64,000 bases of DNA from an uncultured Candidatus Saccharibacteria bacterium (GTDB lineage: Bacteria > Patescibacteriota > Minisyncoccia > Minisyncoccales > GWA2-38-27). The notes beneath the pieces are model-generated. The model was not told where the DNA came from. It did not search any database and saw only the letters and a list, made by a program, of their open reading frames with translations. Where the stretch lies: the NCBI GenBank assembly GCA_964493085.1, contig CAZBLV010000010.1:39537-103536 (forward strand). Direction: 5' to 3'. Shown one piece after another: positions 55,772 through 64,000 of this stretch. The stretch's first letter is position 1. Each line of letters starts with the position of its first letter. Made by a program: the position numbers and the translations under genes.

Positions 55772-57441
55772 AAAAAGAAAATATAAGAATTATCCCTCTG
55801 GGAGGCCTAGGAGAAGTCGGAAAAAACATGACCCTTTTCGAATACAAGGGGAAAATTTTTATTCTGGACTTAGGCCTTAAATTCCCGGAGGAAGCAATGC
55901 CGGGCATTGATTATGTGATCCCATCGGTGGATTATCTGGAAGGAAAGAAGAACAAGATTGTAGGAGTAGCCATAACCCATGGCCACTACGACCACATAGG
56001 CGCGATCCCTTATGTCGCCAAAAAACTGGGAAACCCTACTATATTAGCGTCAGAATTAACCCGGGGAATTATCATTAAAAGGCAGGACGACTTTCCTCAG
56101 GCGCCCAAGCTTGACATAAAAACCGTAAAACCGGGCGATAAAAGGAATCTAGGCCCTTTTTGTCTTGAATTTTTCCACGAAAACCACAACATTCCGGGAA
56201 ATTTAGGAGTAGTAATTAAAACAGATCTAGGAAACATAGTCTGCACTTCGGATTTTAAGTTTGATAATAATCCGATAAACGACAGACCGACTGACTTCAA
56301 AGCCTTGAGAAGAATCGGAAAAGAAGGAGTTCTTCTCTTAATGTCAGATTCCACCGGAGCAGAAGAAGAAAACCATTCTCTGTCTGAACAAACTATTTCC
56401 CAAAATCTCGAGGAAATATTTAAAGAATCGAGGAGGGGCAGGATTATCGCGGCAACCTTTGCTTCTCTTCTAAATCGCGCTCAACAGATTATATCCCTTT
56501 CTGAAAAATACGGCAGGAAAGTTGTTGTTGAAGGATATTCTATGAAAAGCAATATTGAGATAGCCAAACGCCTGAAATACCTAAAGATGAAAAAAAATAC
56601 TATGGTAAAAGCAAAAGACGCCCACAAATACCCGGATTCAGAATTAACTATTCTCTGCACCGGAGCCCAAGGAGAAGGAAATGCAGTATTGATGAGAATT
56701 GCTAACAAAGAGCACAAGTTCTTCAGAATCAAGAAAGGAGACGCCATAATATTTTCTTCTTCGGTAGTTCCGGGGAACGAGAGAGCGGTCCAAAACCTAA
56801 AGGACTCTCTTTATAAGCAAGAAGCTGAAGTTTTCCATTACAAAATGATGGACATTCATGCCGGTGGGCACGCCCAAAGAGAAGAACTGAAAGAAATGAT
56901 CAGGATAATGAATCCCAAATTCTTTATGCCTGTGCACGGCCAATACTCAATGATGTACAACCATGCAGAAATCGCAGAAAAGGAGGGTATTCCTAAAAAA
57001 AGAATAATCTTAGCAGATAACGGAAAAGTAATTAATCTAAGCCCAGAGGGATTCTCCTTTTCTCCTAAGTCTGTTCCGGCAAATCCGATTATGATTGACG
57101 GCCTGGGAGTAGGAGATGTTGGAGAAATAGTATTAAGAGACAGGCAGCTTTTATCAAAAGACGGCATGTTTGTTATTGTAGTAGCAATAGACAAGCAGGC
57201 AGGAAAAGTAAAGGGATCGCCTGATATTATTTCCAGGGGCTTTGTCTATCTGAGAGAATCAAAGGGCCTGCTTTTTGAAACAAGAAAAAAGGTAATAAAT
57301 ATAGTTAATAAAGCTACAGGTGGAAGCGGAGCCGTTAACTGGGTTTATGTTAAAAACGAGATCAGGAATAAGATAGGAGACTTTCTCCATACTAAAACCC
57401 AAAGGCGTCCCATGATTCTGCCTGTGGTAATTGAAGTTTAA
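55772..57441 (+). CDS. rnj: Ribonuclease J (beta-CASP metallo-beta-lactamase RNase).
   Basis: IIPLGGLGEVGKNM, HGHYDHIGAIPY, and beta-CASP motifs. The track start at 55726 reads through the tRNA; trimmed to MKNKKEN at 55772. Confidence 0.9.
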
Positions 57442-57442
57442 T

Positions 57443-58423
57443 ATGAGAATTTTAAGCGGTATCCAGCCTACAGGATCGCTTCATATAGGAAATTATCTCG
57501 GCGCGATAAAACAGTGGATCGATCTCCAAAAGAAAAACGAAGCCTTCTTCTTTATAGCCGACCTTCATTCCTTAACCATTCCCTACAACCCTAAAGATCT
57601 GCAGAAAAGAATAGAAGAGACGGCCACAGAATATCTAGCCGCCGGCCTAGTTCCTAAAAAGAGCGTTCTTTTCGTCCAGTCCCATATTCCAGAACACACA
57701 GAATTATGCTGGCTTTTAAATACCGTCTGTCCAGTGGGCGATCTTCAAAGAATGACTCAGTATAAAGAGAAGTCCCAGCAGTTTAAAAAAGACATTAACG
57801 CAGGCCTTTTAAATTATCCTATCTTGCAGGCTGCCGATATTTTAATATACAAAGCAAACCAAGTGCCTGTTGGAAAAGACCAAGTTCAGCACATAGAGCT
57901 GACTAGGACTATAGCCAAAAGATTTAATCAGAAATTTGGCAAGATTTTTGTTCTGCCGGAGCCTTATCTTTCTGAAACTGGAGCTAAAATAATGGCTCTT
58001 AACGATCCTGAAAAGAAAATGTCCAAATCTTTAGGCCCTGCCAGCTATGTTTCCCTGTTTGACAAGCCAGAAATCATTAAAAAGAAAGTTATGTCTGCGG
58101 TGACGGACGCAGGAAGAGAGATAAAATACGATTCTTCTAAGAAACCGGGCGTCTCCAACCTGCTTGTTATTTACGGTTTATTTGCAGGCAAAACCATAAA
58201 ATCCTTAGAAAAAGAATTTAAAAGCAAGGGCTATTCTGATCTCAAAGAAGAGCTTGCCCAATTATTAATAGAAAAATTAAAGCCCTTCCGCAAAGAAAGG
58301 GAAAAACTTCTTTCCAACCCCTCTAAAGTGCAGAAAGTTTTGGCAGAAGGGAAAAAGAAGGCCCAGAAAATAGCTCGATCCACCCTAGAGGAAGCAAAGA
58401 AAGCAATGGGCCTTTTGGCATAG
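57443..58423 (+). CDS. trpS: Tryptophanyl-tRNA synthetase.
   Basis: SGIQPTGSLHIGNYLGAI (HIGH) and KMSKSLG. Confidence 0.9.
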   Translation: MRILSGIQPTGSLHIGNYLGAIKQWIDLQKKNEAFFFIADLHSLTIPYNPKDLQKRIEETATEYLAAGLVPKKSVLFVQSHIPEHTELCWLLNTVCPVGDLQRMTQYKEKSQQFKKDINAGLLNYPILQAADILIYKANQVPVGKDQVQHIELTRTIAKRFNQKFGKIFVLPEPYLSETGAKIMALNDPEKKMSKSLGPASYVSLFDKPEIIKKKVMSAVTDAGREIKYDSSKKPGVSNLLVIYGLFAGKTIKSLEKEFKSKGYSDLKEELAQLLIEKLKPFRKEREKLLSNPSKVQKVLAEGKKKAQKIARSTLEEAKKAMGLLA

Positions 58424-58474
58424 ACCCTAAAAGCGGCTTTCCGCTGACAAGGGTTCTCGGAGCTGCCTCTTTTT

Positions 58475-59809
58475 TTATTCTAAAATAATCTCTTTAAGTT
58501 CCTTTTGCTTCTCTTCAAGCAGATCTTCTCTTTCTGCTTCGATAGTAAGCCTTAGGACGGGCTCTGTATTAGAAGGCCTTAAATTAAACCACCAATCATT
58601 ATAGCTTACTGTAACGCCATCTAGAAAATCTTGTTCTCCGTCAGAGTATTTTTCTTTAATCTTATCCATTATTTTCTTCTTGTCTTCCACCTCAAAATTA
58701 GTCTCTGATCCTTTAGCATAAGGGGAAAGTTCTGAAGCCAGTTCTGAAACAGCCTTTCCGGACTCAGATACCACTTGAAGCAAGATCAAGAGAGAGATTA
58801 GACCTGAGTCAAGATAGAAGTTGCCTTTAAAACTATAATGCCCGGAGAGCTCTCCTCCTACTACTGCCCCGTTCTCCATCATTTTTTCTCTGACATTAAC
58901 AAATCCAACAGGAGAACGGACGGGCTTTCCTCCCCACTTTTCAATAAACTCCGGAACTGCCTTTGAGCAGACATTATTGTAAACAACGGCAGATCCTGGT
59001 TGCTTTTTAAGAAAATATCTGGCCAAGATTAACAAGGTGACGTCCGCCCTTACTCTTTTTCCTTTCTCGTCAAGAAGGAATATCCTGTCCCCGTCTCCGT
59101 CAAACATACACCCCAGAGCCGCTTTTTCTTCCAAGATTTTCTCTGTTATTTGGGCTTCTGTCCCCTTTTCCAAGGGATTCGGAGACCTATTAGGGAAGCT
59201 TCCATCAAGGTCAAAATTAAGAGGAATAACTTCTACCGGAAGTTTGGAGCTTAGAAAAGAAAGACTTTTGCCTGCCATGCCGTTTCCTGCATCAGCTACA
59301 ACCTTAAAAGGATCTATCTTGCCTAATTCTGCAAAAGACAGGACATGGTTTAAATAATCGTTCCAGGCATTCTGGTTTTTCACTTCCCCTTTTTCCTGAA
59401 CAGAAAACTTTTCCTTGCCGACAGCTCCTACCATGTCTTTCCCCCTGATTACCTCGACTTCCGGCCCTTTTTTATTGAGCATTTTCAAGCCGTTGTATTC
59501 TTTTGGGTTATGGCTGGCTGTGATCATAATGCCGGCATCGTAATTATAAAAAACAGTGGCAAAATAAAGGACCTCTGTAGGCACCTCTCCCAAGCTGTAA
59601 ACATCAGCCCCCGCCTCTATTATTCCTCGAGACAGGGCCTGAAAAAGGGAAGGGGAAGAAATTCTCATATCGCGCCCCACCGCCACTTTTTTAGCTTTAG
59701 TACATTCAACAAAGTAGCGGCCTATCTTATAGGCTGTTTCTTCATCAAAGTCTTCCGGATAAACCCCCCTGATATCATAAGACTTGAATATTTCTCGGTT
59801 GATGTTCAT
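58475..59809 (-). CDS. glmM: Phosphoglucosamine mutase / phosphomannomutase family.
   Basis: Active-site TASHNP, metal loop FDGDGDR, four-domain layout. Confidence 0.8.
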   Translation of the reverse strand: MNINREIFKSYDIRGVYPEDFDEETAYKIGRYFVECTKAKKVAVGRDMRISSPSLFQALSRGIIEAGADVYSLGEVPTEVLYFATVFYNYDAGIMITASHNPKEYNGLKMLNKKGPEVEVIRGKDMVGAVGKEKFSVQEKGEVKNQNAWNDYLNHVLSFAELGKIDPFKVVADAGNGMAGKSLSFLSSKLPVEVIPLNFDLDGSFPNRSPNPLEKGTEAQITEKILEEKAALGCMFDGDGDRIFLLDEKGKRVRADVTLLILARYFLKKQPGSAVVYNNVCSKAVPEFIEKWGGKPVRSPVGFVNVREKMMENGAVVGGELSGHYSFKGNFYLDSGLISLLILLQVVSESGKAVSELASELSPYAKGSETNFEVEDKKKIMDKIKEKYSDGEQDFLDGVTVSYNDWWFNLRPSNTEPVLRLTIEAEREDLLEEKQKELKEIILE

Positions 59810-59861
59810 ATGCTTTTATTATACCATTAGATTATAACAAATTTAATTTTTAAAGTTAAAT

Positions 59862-60872
59862 ATGTCTTTTTCAGTAGGGATAGTGGGGTTGCCGAACGCA
59901 GGGAAATCAACTCTTTTCCATGCTATCACCAAAAATCAAGTGGAAATAGCAGACTACCCCTTTACTACCGTAGACCCAAACGTAGGGACAGTTAATGTGC
60001 CGGATTTCCGATTAAAAAAGATAGCATCTTTTGTAAGCCCGGAAAAGACCACGGAGACCATTATAGAGTTTATAGACATTGCCGGCCTGATAGAAAACGC
60101 CCACAAGGGCGAAGGCCTGGGAAACCAGTTTCTGGCCCAAATAAGAGAGTGCGACGCTGTGATGAAGGTAATAAGGGCCTTCCCTTCTCCGAACGGAGAG
60201 CCGGCTAATCCAGAACAAGATATTAAGATTTTGGAAAAAGAGCTTATAATGAAAGATGTTGAAACTGCAAACAAAGCCATAGAAAAAATAGAAAAAGAGG
60301 CAAAGTCAGATAAGGTTCTGGCAGAAAAGCTTGCCATTCTCCAAAAAATAAAAGAGGGCTTGCAAAGAAAGGGCGGGGCGGAATTGGGAAAAGAAGAAAA
60401 AGAAAAGATAAAAGAATATCAGCTGTTAACCTTAAAGCCGAACCTTTGTCTCTTTAATGCAAAAGAGGAGGGCTTTTCTCCTTTGACAGAAGAATCTTTT
60501 GTCATAGACGCTAAAACCGAAGAAGAACTGGCTGACCTTAGCGAACAGGAAAGGGAAGAATTGGGAGTGGCTTCCCGGCTTGACCAGTTGATATCATTTT
60601 GTTATACTATCCTTGATTTGATAACTTTCTATACAGTAGCCGGCTCCAAAGAAGCAAGAGCCCTGACCCTCAAGAGAGGGGCTTCCGTTTTTGAAGCCGC
60701 GGGCCAGCTTCATTCGGATTTTCAGGAAAATTTTATCAGAGCAGAAATACTAAAATACGAGGATCTGGCGAAGACCGGCTCTTGGCTCAAAGCCAAAGAA
60801 GCCGGACTGATAAAAACAGTCGGCAAAGACCATATAGTAGAAGACGGAAACATAATTGAATTTAAAATATGA
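59862..60872 (+). CDS. ychF: Ribosome-binding ATPase YchF (Obg-family GTPase, OLA1-like).
   Basis: GIVGLPNAGKSTLF, DYPFTTVDPNVG, C-terminal TGS-like domain. Confidence 0.9.
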   Translation: MSFSVGIVGLPNAGKSTLFHAITKNQVEIADYPFTTVDPNVGTVNVPDFRLKKIASFVSPEKTTETIIEFIDIAGLIENAHKGEGLGNQFLAQIRECDAVMKVIRAFPSPNGEPANPEQDIKILEKELIMKDVETANKAIEKIEKEAKSDKVLAEKLAILQKIKEGLQRKGGAELGKEEKEKIKEYQLLTLKPNLCLFNAKEEGFSPLTEESFVIDAKTEEELADLSEQEREELGVASRLDQLISFCYTILDLITFYTVAGSKEARALTLKRGASVFEAAGQLHSDFQENFIRAEILKYEDLAKTGSWLKAKEAGLIKTVGKDHIVEDGNIIEFKI

Positions 60873-61270
60873 AAAATTACGAATTAATCTGCCTTTTGCC
60901 TCCTATTCTTTCAGAAAAAGATGTGGCTGAAACGTCAGAACAAATAAAAAAAATGATATCAGAGCAATCCGGCATACTTCAAAAAGAATTGAAACCGGCT
61001 AAAAAAAGATTCGGATACCAAATTAAGCAATATCGAGAGGGATTTTTGCTTAGTTTTCTTTTTTGCTTAAAGCCGGACTCATTGAGTTTATTAGAAAAAG
61101 AACTGAAGGAGCAGAAAAATGTTTTGCGGTTCATGAGCCTAACAAGGAACCCTCTTTTCAAAAAAAAGGAGGAAAAACAGTTTTCATCAGCTCCTGAAAA
61201 AGAAAATCAAAAGAAAAAGGTCGGTTTAAAGGAAATCGACAAAAAAATAAACGAGATTCTTAAAGAATAA
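60869..61270 (+). CDS. rpsF: Ribosomal protein S6.
   Basis: MKNYELICLL...; standard rpsF-ssb-rpsR order. Confidence 0.85.
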   Translation: MKNYELICLLPPILSEKDVAETSEQIKKMISEQSGILQKELKPAKKRFGYQIKQYREGFLLSFLFCLKPDSLSLLEKELKEQKNVLRFMSLTRNPLFKKKEEKQFSSAPEKENQKKKVGLKEIDKKINEILKE

Positions 61271-61276
61271 TTTTTT

Positions 61277-61762
61277 ATGAATTTAAACAAAGCTATTCTT
61301 GTCGGCCGCCTTACTCAAGATCCGGAGAGCAAAAGCACTTCTTCCGGACAAACAGTTTGCAGTTTTGGGCTGGCCACTAACAGAACTTGGACAGACTCCC
61401 AAACAAAAGAAAAAAAAGAAAGCACTGAATTTCACAATATAGTAGCCTGGGGCAGATTGGCTGAGATCATTTCCCAATATCTTAAAAAGGGAAATCTCGC
61501 TTTAATAGAGGGGAGAATCCAAACCCGCAGCTGGGAAGACCAAAGCGGGAACAAGAGGTACAGAACCGAGATCATAGCAGAAAACCTTCAAATGGGGCCC
61601 AAAGGAGATTCCTACCAGCCTTCTTCCCCCCAGCAGCAGCAGCAAAAACAACAAGAAGAAGAAATCCCCGTAATCGAAGAAGACGACTCCAGCGGAGAAA
61701 AAAAACAGGAGAACAAGAACAACAGCCAAAACGATGTTGACGTAAAAGACATTCCTTTTTAA
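61277..61762 (+). CDS. ssb: Single-stranded DNA-binding protein.
   Basis: OB fold MNLNKAILVGRLTQDPE...FHNIVAWGRLAE and acidic tail ...DVDVKDIPF. Confidence 0.95.
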   Translation: MNLNKAILVGRLTQDPESKSTSSGQTVCSFGLATNRTWTDSQTKEKKESTEFHNIVAWGRLAEIISQYLKKGNLALIEGRIQTRSWEDQSGNKRYRTEIIAENLQMGPKGDSYQPSSPQQQQQKQQEEEIPVIEEDDSSGEKKQENKNNSQNDVDVKDIPF

Positions 61763-61766
61763 AATT

Positions 61767-61964
61767 ATGAACTGCTATTTTTGTCAAAGAAACATCAAAG
61801 AAATCGACTTTAAGGACACCGATAACCTGAAAAATTTTGTTTCCGGTTTAGGAAAAATAAAAGCCAGGAAAAAAACCGGGGTCTGTGCCAAACACCAAAG
61901 ACAATTGGCAAAGGCAATTAAAAGAGCCCGTAATATGGGCTTGATATCGGCAATAGAGAAATAA
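61767..61964 (+). CDS. rpsR: Ribosomal protein S18.
   Basis: CYFCQ...IDFKDTDNLKNFVS...GVCAKHQRQLAKAIKRAR. Confidence 0.9.
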   Translation: MNCYFCQRNIKEIDFKDTDNLKNFVSGLGKIKARKKTGVCAKHQRQLAKAIKRARNMGLISAIEK

Positions 61965-61974
61965 AAGATCTTTC

Positions 61975-62976
61975 CTAAAAAGATTCTTTTTCTTTCTCTG
62001 ATTCCATAACAGCTTTTTTTATCTTCTTGGCGACCTCCGGGTTTTCTTTAAGAAATTCCTTGGTAGCATCCATTCCCTGACCTAATTTTTGGTTTTCAAA
62101 CTGGTACCAGCTTCCGGCCTGTTTTACTATGCCGCCCTTCAGCCCTAAATTTACCAAATCAGTAAGGTAAGAAATGCCTTCATTGTAATAAATATCGAAT
62201 TCTGCAATCTTAAAGGGAGGGGCAACCTTATTCTTGTCTATTTTGGCCTTTACTCTGTTTCCTATTATCTGATCTTTTTTCTTAATCTTAGCCGTTCTTC
62301 TCAGGTTTATTCTAACTGAAGAATAAAACTTAAGAGCCAATCCCCCTGAAGTCGTTTCCGGGTTTCCGAAGAAAACCCCTATTTTCATTCTGGTTTGGTT
62401 TAAGAAAACAACTATAGTTTTGGTTTTGGCTACAATTGCAGACAACTTTCTAAGAGCAGAAGACATCAGTCTTGCCTGAAGGCCTATCTGAAACTCTCCC
62501 ATTTCCCCTGTTATTTCAGCTTTCGGAGCCAGAGCTGCTACTGAATCTACAATAACTACATCCACCTCCCCTGATCTAACTAAGCCTTCTACTATTTGAA
62601 GAGCTTCCTCCCCGGAATCAGGCTGAGATATTAAAAGATCGTTAAGGTTAACCCCGATCTTTTTGGCATAACTGGGGTCTAGAGCATGCTCCACATCTAC
62701 AAAAGCCCCCACTCCTTTTCTTTTCTGGGCCTCTTTTAATATATGAAGAGCGAGAGTGCTTTTCCCCGTGGCTTCGGGCCCGAATATCTCAATGATCCGC
62801 CCCCTGGGAATTCCTCCTACTCCGAGAGCAAGGTCTAGAGAGATAGAGCCGGTGGGGATTACTCCTATATCAACTTTCCTCACCTCGCTTAATTTCATAA
62901 TGGCGCCCTCTCCAAATTTCTGCCTTATCTCATTAACTGCTTCCTCTAAATTTTTTCTTTCTTCTTTTTTTGCCAT
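61975..62976 (-). CDS. recA: Recombinase RecA.
   Basis: GRIIEIFGPEATGKSTLALH, VIVDSVAAL, L2 loop region. Confidence 0.95.
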   Translation of the reverse strand: MAKKEERKNLEEAVNEIRQKFGEGAIMKLSEVRKVDIGVIPTGSISLDLALGVGGIPRGRIIEIFGPEATGKSTLALHILKEAQKRKGVGAFVDVEHALDPSYAKKIGVNLNDLLISQPDSGEEALQIVEGLVRSGEVDVVIVDSVAALAPKAEITGEMGEFQIGLQARLMSSALRKLSAIVAKTKTIVVFLNQTRMKIGVFFGNPETTSGGLALKFYSSVRINLRRTAKIKKKDQIIGNRVKAKIDKNKVAPPFKIAEFDIYYNEGISYLTDLVNLGLKGGIVKQAGSWYQFENQKLGQGMDATKEFLKENPEVAKKIKKAVMESEKEKESF

Positions 62977-63014
62977 ATTGTTTTAAATTAAAGGTTTTGA
63001 TAGCTAGTGTCAAA

Positions 63015-64000
63015 TCAAACCTTCTCCCATCCGTCATCGGGTTCCGCCTTTTCCTGAGGCTCTCCGTAGACCTCCCTGGGTTTGGCTCCTTGAGCAGGCC
63101 CTATAACTCCTTTCTCTTCCATAATATCGATCAAGCGGGCAGCCCTTGCATACCCCACCCTCAAGCGTCTCTGAAGAAAAGAGGCTGAGGCTTTACGAGT
63201 CTCTAAGACCAAATCTTTTGCCTGCTCATAAAGAGCATCGTCTTCCGGAGAAGCGACTCCTCCATAGCCTTCTGTGATTCCTTCTTCCTGTTCTATTTTA
63301 TGGATTAGATCCGGATTCATTTCAGCATCCTCTTTGGCCTCTTTTTCAATGTAGTCTATCGCTTTTTTAACTTCTTTTTCTGAAACAAAAGGAGCTTGTA
63401 TTCTCTTGGGTTTTGGATTGCGGGAGGAAACATAAAGCATATCACCTGCTCCCAAAAGCTTTTCTGCGCCCGAACTGTCAATTATGGTTCTAGAATCTAC
63501 TTGGGAGGCAACTTGAAAAGTAACTCTAGAGGTAATGTTCGCCTTAATCAAGCCGGTAATTACTTCTACTGACGGCCTTTGGGTAGCCAAGACAAGGTGA
63601 ATCCCCACTGCTCTTGACATCTGGGCCAATCTGACAACTTCTGCTTCAATTTCTCGCCCCTTAGCTGCCATCAAGTCAGCCAGCTCGTCTATAACAAGAA
63701 CAATAAAAGGAAGGTGGCTCTCTCCTTTTTTCAGCATCTTTTCATTGTAACCGTTGATGTCTCTCGCCCCTTCGCCCGCTAACACATCAAACCTTCTTTC
63801 CATTTCAGAAATCAACCACTTTAGGGCATTAACTGTTTGAGTGGCGTTGTAGATTACAGGACACAATAAATGGGGAAGTTCAGAGTACACGGGAAACTCC
63901 ACTCTTTTTGGATCTACTAAAATAAATCTTAAATGCTCGGCTCCTCCGCTTTTAATAGAATTGTTGGGCTGGTAAAGCAAACTCAAAATCAAGGTATTCA
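63015..64000 (-). CDS. ftsK: DNA translocase FtsK/SpoIIIE, C-terminal motor plus gamma domain; the 5' part lies beyond the window end.
   Basis: Walker region and LVIDELADLM, ATQRPSVEVITGLIKAN, gamma-domain wHTH (LYEQAKDLVLETRKASASFLQRRLRVGYARAARLID). Confidence 0.9.
   Translation of the reverse strand, partial: NTLILSLLYQPNNSIKSGGAEHLRFILVDPKRVEFPVYSELPHLLCPVIYNATQTVNALKWLISEMERRFDVLAGEGARDINGYNEKMLKKGESHLPFIVLVIDELADLMAAKGREIEAEVVRLAQMSRAVGIHLVLATQRPSVEVITGLIKANITSRVTFQVASQVDSRTIIDSSGAEKLLGAGDMLYVSSRNPKPKRIQAPFVSEKEVKKAIDYIEKEAKEDAEMNPDLIHKIEQEEGITEGYGGVASPEDDALYEQAKDLVLETRKASASFLQRRLRVGYARAARLIDIMEEKGVIGPAQGAKPREVYGEPQEKAEPDDGWEKV

Overview
This 64-kb window comes from an AT-rich (about 36-40% GC), gene-dense bacterial chromosome. 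Almost all native genes lack Shine-Dalgarno sequences and many carry TTG-extended ORF-track starts, which I trimmed to the conserved ATG. The content is mostly housekeeping: six aminoacyl-tRNA synthetases (LeuS, MetG, GlyRS, IleS, ArgS, TrpS), pth and a short Mfd, TopA, GroES/GroEL behind a CIRCE-like operator, UvrA and a short UvrC, RecA, RecO, an FtsK fragment, PolX, SmpB and tmRNA, infC-rpmI-rplT, rpsF-ssb-rpsR, RNase J, YchF, FolD/GlyA, IorAB, two tRNA-Leu genes and several small-molecule enzymes. The short repair proteins, archaeal-type cupin PGI, DUF11 surface protein and missing SD sequences suggest a streamlined, Candidate-Phyla-Radiation-like organism; that is inference only. No CRISPR array, integrase, transposase or restriction-modification gene was seen. 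Things worth a second look: (1) an unannotated 59-aa csrA (18782-18961) in an operon with a thioredoxin-fold protein lacking the CxxC nucleophile, preceded on the same strand by a 0.5-kb, roughly 50% GC, strand-biased GGA-rich segment bounded by a terminator and a promoter (candidate CsrA sponge RNA, or a decayed cluster of small ORFs); (2) a scattered set of high-GC, SD-bearing, foreign-looking genes in an SD-free genome, including an HD-like gene with an SD-led micro-ORF beside tRNA-Leu, two inverted paralogous glycine-zipper membrane-protein cassettes 39 kb apart sharing promoter, 5' coding sequence and terminator hairpin, and an unknown 197-aa protein; (3) unusual fusions, namely a sugar-1-P nucleotidyltransferase fused to TsaC/YrdC, a PRTase fused to an Lrp/AsnC regulator, and a PurF homologue lacking the catalytic Cys1; (4) a nested palindrome cluster at 7773-7879; (5) a tmRNA directly after smpB that the ORF track mis-reads as a CDS.
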